A stretch of DNA of 64,000 bases. Source: Centroscyllium fabricii (lineage: Eukaryota). A model generated the notes under the pieces. That model was not told where the DNA came from. It saw only the letters and a list, made by a program, of their open reading frames with translations, and did no database searches. The position numbers were made by a program, and so were the translations under genes. The DNA is taken from the NCBI GenBank assembly GCA_051313645.2, contig JBNRSN020000017.1, forward strand, positions 114,390,001 through 114,454,000, written 5' to 3'. Positions 1-34,361 of the stretch are shown in pieces (the stretch's first letter is position 1; every line of letters begins with the position of its first letter).

Positions 1-3000
1 GACACGGCCACGGACACGGACACGGACACGGACACGGACACTGACACTGACACTGACACTGACACTGCCACTGACACGGACACGGACACGGCCACTGACA
101 CTGACACTGACACGGCCACGGACACTGACACTGACACTGACACTGACACTGACACTGACACGGCCACTGACACGGACACTGACACTGACACTGACACTGA
201 CACTGACACGGACACGGACACGGACACGGCCACGGACACTGACACTGACACGGACACGGCCACTGACACTGACACTGACACTGACACTGACACTGCCACG
301 GACACGGACACGGACACGGACACGGACACGGACACGGACACTGACACTGACACTGACACTGACACTGACACTGCCACTGCCACTGACACTGACACTGACA
401 CTGACACTGACACGGCCACGGACACTGACACTGACACTGACACTGACACGGACACGGACACGGACACGGACACGGACACGGACACGGACACGGACACTGA
501 CACTGACACTGACACTGACACTGACACTGACACGGCCACTGACACTGACACTGACACTGACACTGACACTGACACTGACACTGACACGGCCACGGACACT
601 GACACTGACACTGACACTGACACTGACACGGACACGGACACGGACACTGACACTGACACTGACACTGACACTGCCACTGACACGGACACGGACACGGACA
701 CTGACACTGACACTGACACGGACACGGACACGGACACGGACACGGACACTGACACTGACACTGACACTGCCACTGACACTGCCACTGACACTGACACTGA
801 CACTGCCACTGCCACTGCCACTGCCACTGACACGGCCACGGACACTGACACTGACACTGACACTGACACTGCCACTGACACTGACACGGCCACGGACACT
901 GACACTGACACTGACACTGACACTGACACGGACACGGACACGGACACGGACACGGACACGGACACTGACACTGACACTGACACTGACACTGACACTGACA
1001 CTGCCACTGACACTGACACTGCCACGGCCACGGACACTGACACTGACACTGACACGGCCACTGACACTGACACGGACACGGACACTGACACTGACACTGA
1101 CACTGACACTGACACTGACACGGACACGGACACGGACACTGACACTGACACTGACACTGACACTGACACTGACACGGACACGGACACGGACACTGACACT
1201 GACACTGACACTGACACTGACACTGCCACTGCCACTGCCACTGACACTGCCACGGACACTGACACTGACACTGACACTGACACTGACACGGCCACGGACA
1301 CGGACACGGACACGGACACGGCCACGGACACGGCCACGGACACTGACACTGACACTGACACTGACACTGACACTGACAGTGACACTGACACGGCCACTGA
1401 CACTGACACTGACACTGACACTGACACGGCCACGGACACGGACACGGACACGGACACGGACACTGACACGGACACGGCCACGGCCACGGACACTGACACT
1501 GACACTGACACTGCCACTGACACGGACACGGCCACGGCCACGGACACTGACACTGACACTGACACTGACACGGACACGGACACGGACACTGACACTGACA
1601 CTGACACTGACACTGACACTGACACGGCCACTGACACTGACACTGACACGGACACGGACACGGACACGGACACTGACACTGACACTGACACTGCCACGGA
1701 CACTGACACTGACACTGACACTGACACTGACACTGACACGGACACGGCCACGGACACTGACACTGACACTGACACGGACACGGACACGGACACGGACACG
1801 GACACTGACACTGACACTGACACTGACACGGCCACTGACACTGACACTGACACTGACACTGACACTGACACTGCCACTGCCACGGACACGGCCACGGCCA
1901 CTGACACTGACACTGACACTGACACGGACACGGACACGGACACGGACACTGACACTGACACTGACACTGACACTGACACTGACACGGCCACGGCCACCGA
2001 CACCGACACGGACACGGACACGGACACGGACACGGACACGGACACGGACACTGACACTGACACTGACACTGACACGGCCACTGACACTGACACTGACACT
2101 GACACTGACACTGACACGGCCACGGCCACGGACACTGACACTGACACTGACACGGACACGGACACGGACACTGACACTGACACTGACACTGACACTGACA
2201 CTGACACGGCCACTGACACTGACACTGACACGGACACGGACACGGACACGGACACGGACACTGACACTGACACGGCCACGGACACGGACACTGACACTGA
2301 CACTGACACTGACACTGACACTGACACTGACACTGACACTGACACTGACACGGCCACGGCCACTGACACGGACACGGACACTGACACTGACACTGACACT
2401 GACACTGACACTGCCACGGACACGGACACGGACACGGCCACGGCCACGGACACTGACACTGACACTGACACTGACACTGACACGGACACGGACACGGACA
2501 CGGCCACGGCCACGGACACTGACACTGACACTGACACGGCCACGGCCACGGACACTGACACTGACACTGACACTGACACTGACACTGACACGGACACGGA
2601 CACGGACACGGAAACGGACACGGACACTGACACTGACACTGACACTGACACTGCCACGGACACTGACACTGACACTGGCACTGACACTGACACGGACACG
2701 GACACGGACACGGACACTGACACTGACACGGCCACGGCCACGGCCACTGACACTGACACTGACACGGACACGGACACGGACACTGACACTGACACTGACA
2801 CTGACACTGACACTGCCACGGACACGGACACGGACACGGCCACGGACACTGACACTGACACTGACACTGACACGGACACTGACACTGACACTGACACTGG
2901 CACTGACACTGACACTGACACTGACACGGACACGGACACGGCCACGGACACTGACACTGACACGGCCACGGCCACGGCCACGGACACGGACACGGACACG

Positions 3001-6000
3001 GACACTGACACTGACACGGCCACGGACACGGACACGGACACTGACACTGACACTGACACGGACACGGACACGGCCACGGCCACTGACACTGACACTGACA
3101 CTGACACGGACACGGACACGGACACTGACACTGACACTGACACTGACACGGACACGGACACTGACACTGCCGCGGACGCGGACGCTGACGCTGACGCTGA
3201 CGCTGACGCGGACGCGGCCGCGGCCACGGACACTGACACTGACACTGACACGGACACGGACACGGACACGGACACGGACACTGACACGGACACGGACACG
3301 GACACGGACACTGACACTGACACGGACACGGACACTGACACTGACACTGACACTGACACTGACACTGACACTGCCACGGCCACTGACACTGACACTGACA
3401 CTGACACGGACACGGACACGGACACTGACACTGACACTGACACTGACACTGACACTGACACTGCCACGGCCACGGCCACGGACACTGACACTGACACTGA
3501 CACTGACACTGACACTGACACGGACACGGACACGGACACTGACACTGACACTGACACTGACACTGCCACTGACACTGACACTGACACTGACACGGACACG
3601 GACACGGACACGGACACTGACACTGACACGGACACGGACACTGACACTGACACGGACACGGACACGGACACGGACACGGCCACGGCCACGGCCACGGCCA
3701 CGGCCACTGACACTGCCACTGCCACTGACACGGCCACGGACACGGACACGGACACGGACACTGACACTGACACTGACACGGACACGGACACGGACACGGA
3801 CACGGACACGGACACTGACACTGACACGGCCACGGCCACGGCCACTGACACTGACACTGACACTGACACGGACACGGACACGGACACGGACACGGACACG
3901 GACACGGACACGGACACGGACACTGCCACTGACACTGACACTGCCACTGCCACTGCCACTGACACTGACACTGCCACTGCCACTGCCACTGACACGGCCA
4001 CGGACACTGACACTGACACTGACACTGACACTGACACTGACACGGCCACGGACACTGACACTGACACTGACACTGACACTGACACTGACACGGACACGGC
4101 CACGGCCACGGACACTGACACTGACACTGACACTGACACGGCCACGGCCACGGCCACGGACACTGACACTGACACTGACACTGACACTGACACGGCCACG
4201 GCCACGGACACTGACACTGACACTGACACGGACACGGACACGGACACGGACACGGACACGGACACGGACACGGACACGGACACGGACACTGACACTGACA
4301 CGGACACGGACACGGACACGGACACTGACACTGACACTGACACTGACACTGACACTGCCACGGCCACGGCCACTGACACTGACACGGACACGGACACGGA
4401 CACGGACACTGACACTGACACTGCCACTGCCACTGCCACTGCCACTGCCACTGCCACGGACACGGACACGGACACTGACACTGACACTGACACGGACACG
4501 GACACGGACACGGACACTGACACGGACACGGACACGGACACGGACACTGACACTGACACGGACACGGACACGGACACGGACACGGACACGGACACGGCCA
4601 CGGCCACGGACACGGACACTGACACTGACACGGACACGGACACGGACACTGACACTGACACTGACACTGACACTGACACTGCCACTGACACTGACACTGC
4701 CACTGCCACTGCCACTGCCACTGCCACTGCCACTGACACGGACACGGACACTGACACTGACACTGACACTGACACTGACACTGACACGGACACGGCCACG
4801 GCCACGGACACTGACACTGACACTGACACTGACACTGACACTGACACTGACACTGACACTGACACGGCCACGGCCACGGCCACTGACACTGACACTGACA
4901 CGGACACGGACACGGACACGGACACGGCCACTGACACTGACACTGACACTGACACTGACACTGACACTGACACTGACACGGACACTGACACTGACACTGA
5001 CACTGACACTGACACTGACACTGCCACTGACACGGACACGGACACGGACACGGACACGGACACTGACACTGACACTGACACTGACACTGCCACGGCCACG
5101 GCCACGGCCACTGACACTGACACTGACACTGACACTGACACGGCCACGGCCACGGCCACTGACACTGACACTGACACTGACACTGACACTGACACGGACA
5201 CGGACACGGACACGGCCACTGACACTGACACTGCCACTGACACTGACACTGACACGGCCACGGACACTGACACTGACACTGACACTGACACTGACACTGA
5301 CACTGACACGGACACTGACACTGACACTGACACTGACACTGACACTGACACTGCCACGGACACTGACACTGACACTGACACTGACACGGACACGGACACG
5401 GACACTGACACTGACACTGACACTGACACTGACACTGACACGGCCACTGACACGGCCACGGCCACTGACACTGCCACTGCCACTGCCACTGCCACGGCCA
5501 CGGCCACGGCCACGGCCACTGACACTGACACTGACACTGACACTGACACTGACACGGCCACGGCCACGGACACGGCCACGGCCACTGACACTGACACTGC
5601 CACTGCCACTGCCACGGCCACGGCCACGGCCACTGACACTGACACTGACACTGACACTGACACTGACACGGCCACGGCCACGGCCACTGACACTGACACT
5701 GACACTGACACGGCCACGGCCACGGCCACGGCCACTGACACGGCCACGGCCACTGACACTGACACTGACACTGCCACTGCCACTGCCACTGCCACTGCCA
5801 CGGCCACTGACACTGACACTGACACTGACACTGACACGGCCACGGCCACGGACACTGACACTGACACTGACACTGACACTGACACTGCCACTGACACTGA
5901 CACTGACACTGACACTGACACTGCCACTGACACGGCCACTGACACTGACACTGACACTGACACTGACACTGCCACGGCCACGGACACTGACACGGCCACG

Positions 6001-9000
6001 GCCACTGACACTGACACTGACACTGACACGGCCACGGACACTGACACTGACACTGACACTGACACTGACACTGACACTGACACTGACACTGACACGGCCA
6101 CTGACACTGACACTGACACTGACACTGACACTGACACTGACACGGCCACTGACACTGACACTGACACTGACACGGCCACTGACACTGACACTGACACTGA
6201 CACTGACACTGCCACGGCCACGGCCACTGACACTGACACTGACACTGACACTGACACTGACACGGCCACGGCCACTGACACTGACACTGACACTGACACT
6301 GACACGGACACGGCCACGGCCACGGACACTGACACTGACACTGACACTGACACTGACACTGACACTGACACTGACACTGACACTGACACTGCCACTGACA
6401 CGGCCACGGCCACTGACACTGACTCTGACTCTGACACTGACACGGACACGGCCACTGACACTGACACTGACACTGACACTGACACTGACACTGACACGGC
6501 CACGGCCACTGACACTGACACTGCCACTGCCACTGCCACTGACACTGCCACTGCCACTGCCACTGACACTGACACTGACACGGCCACGGCCACTGACACT
6601 GACTCTGACTCTGACTCTGACACTGACACGGCCACGGCCACTGACACTGACACTGACACTGACACGGACACGGCCACGGCCACGGACACTGACACTGACA
6701 CTGACACTGACACTGACACTGACACTGACACTGACACTGCCACTGACACGGCCACGGCCACGGCCACGGCCACTGACACTGACTCTGACTCTGACACTGA
6801 CACGGACACGGCCACTGACACTGACACTGACACTGACACTGACACTGACACGGCCACGGCCACTGACACTGACACTGACACTGACACTGCCACTGCCACT
6901 GACACTGACACTGACACTGACACTGACACTGACACTGCCACTGCCACGGACACGGCCACGGCCACTGACACTGACTCTGACTCTGACTCTGACACTGACA
7001 CTGACACGGCCACAGACACTGACACTGACACTGACACTGACACTGACACTGACACTGCCACTGCCACTGACACTGACACTGACACTGACACGGCCACGGA
7101 CACTGACACTGACACTGACTCTGACTCTGACTCTGACACTGACACTGACACTGACACTGCCACTGCCACTGCCACTGACACTGACACTGACACGGCCACG
7201 GACACGGACACGGACACGGACACGGACACTGACACTGACACTGCCACTGCCACTGCCACGGACACGGACACGGACACGGACACTGACACTGACACTGACA
7301 CTGACACTGACACGGACACGGACACGGACACGGACACGGCCACGGCCACTGACACTGACACTGACACTGCCACTGACACGGACACGGACACGGACACGGA
7401 CACGGCCACGGCCACTGACACTGACACTGACACTGCCACTGCCACTGACACTGACACGGACACGGACACGGACACGGACACTGACACGGACACGGACACG
7501 GACACGGACACGGACACGGACACTGACACGGACACGGACACGGACACTGACACTGCCACTGCCACTGCCACGGACACGGACACGGACACTGACACTGACA
7601 CTGACACTGACACGGACACGGACACGGACACGGCCACGGACACGGCCACGGCCACTGACACTGACACGGACACGGACACGGACACGGCCACGGCCACGGA
7701 CACGGACACTGACACTGACACTGACACTGCCACTGCCACTGACACTGACACTGACACGGACACGGACACGGACACTGACACGGACACGGACACGGACACG
7801 GACACGGACACGGACACTGACACGGACACGGACACGGACACTGACACTGCCACTGCCACTGCCACGGACACGGACACGGACACTGACACTGACACTGACA
7901 CTGACACGGACACGGACACGGACACGGCCACGGACACGGCCACGGCCACTGACACTGACACTGACACTGACACGGACACGGACACGGACACGGCCACGGC
8001 CACGGACACGGACACTGACACTGACACTGACACTGCCACTGACACTGCCACGGACACGGACACGGACACGGACACGGACACTGACACTGACACGGACACG
8101 GACACGGACACGGCCACGGACACGGCCACGGCCACTGACACTGACACTGACACGGACACGGACACGGACACGGCCACGGCCACGGACACGGACACTGACA
8201 CTGACACTGACACTGACACTGCCACTGACACTGCCACGGACACGGACACGGACACGGACACGGACACGGACACGGACACTGACACTGACACTGCCACGGA
8301 CACGGACACTGACACGGACACGGACACGGACACGGACACGGACACGGCCACGGACACGGACACGGACACGGCCACGGCCACGGCCACTGACACTGACACT
8401 GACACTGACACTGACACTGCCACTGCCACGGACACGGACACGGCCACGGACACTGACACTGACACTGACACTGACACTGACACTGCCACGGACACGGACA
8501 CGGACACGGACACTGACACTGACACGGACACGGACACGGACACGGACACTGACACTGACACTGCCACTGCCACTGACACGGACACGGACACGGACACTGA
8601 CACTGACACGGACACGGACACGGACACGGACACGGCCACGGCCACGGACACGGACACTGACACTGACACTGACACTGACACTGACACTGACACTGCCACG
8701 GACACTGACACTGACACGGACACGGACACGGACACGGACACTGACACTGCCACGGACACGGACACGGACACGGACACTGACACTGACACTGACACGGACA
8801 CGGACACGGACACGGACACTGACACTGACACTGACACGGACACGGACACGGACACGGCCACGGACACGGACACGGACACGGCCACTGACACTGACACTGA
8901 CACTGACACTGCCACGGACACGGACACGGACACGGACACTGACACTGCCACGGACACGGACACGGACACGGACACGGACACGGACACTGACACTGACACG

Positions 9001-12000
9001 GACACGGACACGGACACGGACACGGACACGGACACGGACACTGACACTGACACGGACACGGACACGGACACGGACACGGCCACGGCCACGGACACTGACA
9101 CTGACACTGACACTGCCACGGACACGGACACGGACACGGACACGGACACTGACACGGACACGGACACGGACACGGACACGGACACGGACACTGACACTGA
9201 CACTGACACTGACACTGACTCTGACTCTGACTCGGACACGGACACGGCCACGGACACGGCCACGGCCACGGCCACTGACACTGACACTGACACTGACACT
9301 GCCACGGACACGGACACGGACACGGACACTGACACTGACACTGCCACTGCCACGGACACGGACACGGACACGGCCACGGCCACGGCCACTGACACTGACA
9401 CTGACACTGACACTGCCACGGACACGGACACGGACACGGACACTGACACTGACACTGACACTGACACTGACACGGACACGGACACGGACACGGACACGGA
9501 CACTGACACTGACACTGACACTGACACTGACACTGACACTGCCACGGACACTGACACTGACACTGACACTGACACTGACACTGACACTGCCACGGACACG
9601 GACACGGACACTGACACTGACACTGACTCTGACTCTGACTCGGACACGGACACTGACACTGACACTGACACTGACACGGACACGGACACGGACACGGACA
9701 CGGACACGGACACGGACACTGACACTGACACTGACACTGACACTGACACGGACACGGCCACTGACACTGACACTGACACTGACACTGACACTGCCACTGC
9801 CACGGACACGGACACGGACACTGACACTGACACTGACACTGACTCTGACTCTGACACGGACACGGACACGGACACTGACACTGACACTGACACTGACACG
9901 GACACGGACACGGACACGGACACTGACACTGACACTGACACTGACACTGACACTGCCACGGACACGGACACTGACACTGACACTGACACTGACACTGACA
10001 CTGACACTGACACTGCCACTGACACTGCCACTGCCACTGACACTGACACTGACACTGACACTGACACTGACACGGACACTGACACTGACACTGACACTGA
10101 CACTGACACTGACACGGCCACGGCCACGGACACTGACACTGACACTGACACTGACACTGCCACTGACACTGACACTGACACTGACACTGACAGACACTGA
10201 CACTGACACTGACACTGACACTGACACTGCCACTGCCACTGCCACTGACACTGACACTGACACTGACACTGCCACGGACACTGACACTGACACTGACACG
10301 GACACGGACACTGACACTGACACGGACACTGACACTGACACTGACACTGACACTGACACTGCCACGGACACTGACACTGACACGGACACGGACACGGACA
10401 CGGACACGGACACTGACACTGACACTGACACTGACACTGACACTGCCACGGCCACTGACACTGACACTGACACTGCCACTGACACTGACACTGACACTGA
10501 CAGACACTGACACTGACACTGACACTGACACTGACACTGACACTGCCACGGACACTGACACTGACACTGACACTGACACGGACACGGACACGGACACGGA
10601 CACGGACACTGACACTGACACTGACACTGACACTGACACTGACACTGCCACGGACACGGACACGGACACGGACACGGACACTGACACTGACACTGACACT
10701 GACACTGACACTGACACTGCCACGGCCACGGCCACTGACACGGACACTGACACTGACACTGCCACTGACACTGACACTGACACTGACACTGACAGACACT
10801 GACACTGACACTGACACTGACACTGACACTGCCACTGCCACTGACACTGACACTGACACGGCCACGGACACTGACACTGACACTGACACTGACACTGACA
10901 CTGACACTGCCACGGACACTGACACTGACACTGACACTGACACTGACACGGACACGGACACGGACACTGACACTGACACTGACACTGCCACTGCCACTGA
11001 CACTGACACTGACACTGACACTGCCACTGCCACTGCCACGGCCACGGACACTGACACTGACACTGACACTGACACTGACACTGACACTGCCACGGACACT
11101 GACACTGACACTGACACTGACACTGACACGGACACGGACACGGACACGGACACTGCCACGGACACTGACACTGACACGGACACGGACACGGCCACTGACA
11201 CTGACACGGACACGGACACGGACACGGACACTGACACTGACACTGACACTGACACTGACACTGCCACTGCCACGGACACGGACACGGACACTGACACTGA
11301 CACTGACACTGACACTGCCACTGCCACTGCCACTGACACTGACACTGACACGGCCACGGACACTGACACTGACACTGACACTGACACTGCCACTGACACT
11401 GACACTGACACTGACACTGCCACTGACACTGACACTGACACTGACACTGACACTGCCACTGACACTGACACTGACACTGCCACGGACACTGACACTGACA
11501 CTGACACTGCCACTGACACTGACACTGACACTGACACTGCCACTGACACTGACACTGACACTGACACTGACACTGCCACTGCCACTGCCACTGACACGGC
11601 CACGGCCACGGCCACGGCCACTGCCACTGACACGGCCACGGCCACGGCCACTGACACTGACACTGACACTGCCACTGCCACTGCCACTGCCACTGCCACT
11701 GACACGGCCACGGCCACTGACACTGACACTGACACTGCCACTGCCACTGCCACGGCCACGGCCACGGACACTGACACTGACACTGACACTGCCACTGCCA
11801 CGGACACGGACACGGACACGGACACTGACACTGACACTGACACTGACACTGCCACTGCCACGGACACGGCCACGGACACTGACACTGACACTGACACTGA
11901 CACTGACACTGACACTGACACTGCCACGGACACTGACACTGACACTGACACTGACACTGACACTGACACTGACACGGACACGGACACGGACACGGACACG

Positions 12001-12702
12001 GACACTGACACTGACACTGACACTGACACTGCCACGGACACGGACACGGACACGGCCACGGCCACGGCCACGGACACTGACACTGACACTGACACTGACA
12101 CTGACACGGCCACGGCCACGGCCACGGCCACGGCCACTGACACTGACACTGACACTGACACTGCCACTGCCACTGCCACGGCCACGGCCACGGCCACGGC
12201 CACTGCCACTGCCACTGCCACTGCCACTGCCACGGACACGGACACGGACACGGACACTGACACTGACACTGACACTGACACTGACACTGCCACGGACACG
12301 GCCACGGCCACGGCCACTGACACTGCCACTGCCACTGCCACTGCCACTGACACTGACACGGCCACGGCCACTGCCACTGCCACTGACACTGACACTGACA
12401 CTGACACTGACACTGACACTGCCACTGACACTGACACTGACACGGACACGGACACGGACACGGACACTGACACTGACACTGACACTGACACTGACACTGA
12501 CACTGCCACTGACACGGCCACGGCCACGGCCACTGACACTGACACTGACACTGACACTGCCACTGACACTGCCACGGCCACGGCCACTGACACTGACACT
12601 GACACTGCCACTGCCACTGACACTGACACGGCCACGGCCACTGACACTGCCACTGCCACTGACTCTGACTCTGACTCTGACTCTGACTCTGACTCTGACT
12701 CT
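1..12702 (+). repeat. Layer A: homogeneous GACAC[T/G]/GCCAC[T/G] array
   Basis: Position 2 is A or C (GGCACT seen only at 2677 and 2899) and no CATG units were seen. Units start at 1 mod 6 except between three 4-nt GACA units (10189-10794). The layer ends in (GACTCT)7. Confidence 0.93.
12661..12702 (+). repeat. (GACTCT)7 variant run closing layer A
   Basis: Seven consecutive GACTCT units, followed by AACACG GACACT GCCGCT GCTGCT. Confidence 0.95.
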
Positions 12703-14299
12703 AACACGGACACTGCCGCTGCTGCTGGCACGGATGCTGACGCTGGCACGGGCACGGATGCTGGCATGGGCACGGGCATGGACACGGGCACGGACACTGG
12801 CACTGGCATGGACACGGACACTGACACTGACATTGACACTGGCATGGGCACGGACCATGGGCATGGACACTGGCACGGGCACGGACACGGTCACGGCCAC
12901 GGCCACGGGCACGGGCACGGACACAGGCACGGACACGGGCACGGACACGGACACGGCCATGGGCACGGGCACTGACATGGACACGGAAACGGGCACGGGC
13001 ACGGGCACGGCCACGGGCACTGACACGGGCACTGACACTGACACTGACACGGGCACGGGCATGGACAGGGACACGGGCGCGGACGTAGGCGCGGACGCTG
13101 ACACTGACACGGGCACGGGCACGGGCACTGGCACGGACACGGGCATGGGCACGGACACGGCCACAGGCACGGCCACGGGCACGGACACTGACATGGACAC
13201 GGACATGGACACGGACACGGACACTGGCACTGGCACGGGCACGGCCACGGCCACAGGCACAGGCACTGACACGGGCACTGACACTGACACAGGCACAGGC
13301 ATGGGCACGGGCACGGGCACGGACAGGGACAGGGGCGCGGACACGGCCACGGGCACGGACATGGACACGGACACGGCCACGGGCACGGGCACGGACATTG
13401 TCATGGCCACGGGCACGGCCACGGGCACAGCCACGGACACGGACACGGCCACGGGCACGGCCATGGGCACGGGCACGGGCAGGGACACGGGCACGGGCAC
13501 GGGGCAGGGACACGGCCACGGACACGGGCACGGGCACGGCCACGGGCACGGACACTGACTCTGACACTGACACTGCCACAGCCACGGCCATGGCCACGGG
13601 CACGGACTCGGACACGGACACGGCCACGGCCACGGGCACGGGCACGGACACGGCCACGGGCACTGACACTGCCACTGACACTGACACTGACACTGGCACG
13701 GACACGGACACGGCCACGGCCACGGCCACGGGCACGGACACTGCCACGGGCACGGGCATGGACACGGCCACGGGCACTGACACTGCCACTGACACTGCCA
13801 CTGCCACTGACACTGACACTGACACTGACACGGACACGGGCATGGACACGGACACGGCCACTGACACGGCCACGGGCACGGGCACGGACACGGACACTGC
13901 CACGGACACTGACACTGACACTGACACTGCCACGGGCACAGACACTGCCACGGGCATGGGCACGGACACTGCCACTGCCACTGCCACTGCCACTGCCACT
14001 GCCACGGGCACGGACACTGACACTGACACTGACACTGGCACGGACACGGCCACGGCCACGGCCACAGGCACGGGCACGGCCACTGACACTGCCACGGCCA
14101 CGGGCACGGGCACGGACACGGCCACTGCCATGGCCACGGGCACTGACACTGACACTGACACTGCCATGGGCACGGGCACGGACACGGCCACGGCCACGGC
14201 CACTGGCACGGGCACGGCCACTGACACTGCCACGGCCACGGGCACGGGCACGGACACTGCCACGGCCACTGACACTGACACTGACACTGCCACGGGCAC

Positions 14300-18900
<4,601 letters not shown>

Positions 18901-19399
18901 ACGGACACGGCCACGGGCATGGGCACGGACACTGGCACGGGCACTGACACGGGCACAGGCACGGCCACGGGCACTGACACTGACACTGACACTGCCACGG
19001 GCACGGGCACGGGCACGGACACGGCCACGGGCACGGACACTGGCACGGGCACGGACACGGACATGGGCACTGCCACGGGCACGGACACTGACACTGCCAC
19101 GGCCACGGGCACTGCCACGGACACGGGCACGGGCATGGGCACTGCCACGGGCACGGACACGGACACGGACACGGGCATGGACACGGCCACAGACACGGGC
19201 ATGGGCACGGACATGGCCACTGACACTGACACTGACACGGACACGGGCACGGGCACGGACACTGGCACGGGCACGGACACGGCCACGGCCACGGGCATGG
19301 GCACTGGCACGGGCACGGACACTGACACTGACACTGGCATGGGCACGGACACGGACACGGCACGGGCACGGGCACGGACACGGGCACGGGCACTGACAC

Positions 19400-31111
<11,712 letters not shown>

Positions 31112-31476
31112 TCACGGCCACGGGCACGGGCACGGACACTGACACTGACACGGCATGGGCATGGGCACGGACACTGGCACGGGCACGGGCACTGGCACGG
31201 GCACTGACACTGACACGGTCACGGACACGGACACGGCACGGGCACGGGCACGGACACTGGCACGGGCACGGACACTGGCACGGGCACTGACACTGACACG
31301 GACACAGACACGGACACGGGCACGGACACTGGCACGGGCACTGACACTGACACTGGCACGGGCACGGGCACGGACACTGACACTGACACTGACACGGGCA
31401 TGGGCACGGACACTGGCACGGGCACGGGCACGGACACGGGCATGGGCACGGACACTGGCACGGGCACTGACACTGA

Positions 31477-31767
<291 letters not shown>

Positions 31768-32125
31768 TGACACTGGCACGGGCACGGGCACGGACACTGG
31801 CACGGGCACGGGCACGGACACGGGCACGGGCACGGGCACGGACACTGTCACGGGCACTGACACTGACACGGGCATGGACATGGAGACGGACACGGACACG
31901 GACACTGGCACGGGCACGGACACTGACACTGACACTGACACGGCCACGGACACTGCCACGGACACGGGCAGGGGCACGGACACGGGCATGGCCACGGGCA
32001 CTGCCACGGGCACTGCCACGGGGAACGGGCACTGACACTGGCACGGGCACGGGCACTGGCACGGGCACGGACACGGCCACGGACACTGACACTGACACTG
32101 ACACGGGCACGGGCACGGACACTGA

Positions 32126-32704
<579 letters not shown>

Positions 32705-33983
32705 TGACACTGACACGGACACGGACACGGCCACGGCCACGGACACTGGCACGGGCACGGACACGGGCATGGGCACTGATACGGCCACGGCCACGGGCAC
32801 GGGCACGGACACGGACACGGACACGGCCATGGACACGGACACTGACACTGACACTGACACTGGCACGGGCACGGGCACGGGCACAGACACTGGCACGGGC
32901 ACCGGCACGGGCACGGACACGGACACGGGCATGGGCACGGACACTGATACTGACACTGACACTGACACGGCCACGGGCACGGGCACGGGCACTGACACTG
33001 GCACTGGCACGGGCACGGGCACAGGCACTGACACTGACACTGGCACGGGCACTGACACGGGCACTGACACGGACACGGACACTGACACTGACACTGGCAC
33101 AGACACTGGCACGGGCACCGGCACGGGCACGGACACGGACACGGGCATGGGCACGGACACTGACACTGACACTGACATGGCCACGGGCACGGGCACGGAC
33201 ACTGGCACTGGCACGGGCACGGGCACAGGCACTGACACTGACACTGGCACGGGCACGGACACGGGCACTGACACTGACACTGACACGGGCACTGACACTG
33301 ACACTGACACTGGCACGGGCACGGGCACTGACACTGACACTGACACTGACACGGCCACGGGCACGGGCACTGACACTGGCACTGGCACGGACAAGGGCAC
33401 AGGCACTGACACTGACACTGGCACGGGCACGGACACGGGCACTGACACTGACACTGACACGGGCACGGGCACGGACACTGACACTGACACTGACACTGAC
33501 ACGGGCACGGGCACGGACACGGGCACTGCCACGGGCACGAAACGGCCACAGCCACTGACACTGCCACGGGCACTGCCACGGACACGGGCACAGGCACGGG
33601 CACGTGCACTGCCACGGGCACGGACACGGACACGGAGACGGGCACGGACACGGCCACGGACACGGGCACGGCCACGGACACGGCCACTGACACTGACACG
33701 GACACGGACACGGGCATGGGCACGGACACTGGCACGGACACCGGCACGGGCACGGGCATGGGCACTGACACTGGCACGGGCACTGACACTGACACTGGCA
33801 TGGGCACGGACACTGACACGGCACGGGCACGGACACGGGCACGGACACTGGCACTGGCACGGGCACTGACACTGACACTGGCATGGGCACGGGCACGGAC
33901 ACGGGCACGGGCACGGACACGGCCACGGGCACTGACACTGACACTGACACTGGCACGGGCACGGACACGGACACTGACACTGA

Positions 33984-34361
<378 letters not shown>

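Noticed and set aside
3169-3222. ADAR-type A>G hypermutation via an RNA intermediate
   Set aside because: Only the position-4 A changes, while position-2 As in the same units are untouched.
1379-10510. 3043-aa + strand ORF (TL/TR/PR/PL dipeptides)
   Set aside because: Off-register reading of the hexamer, started by a chance GTG from one GACAGT variant. There is no domain or non-repetitive segment.
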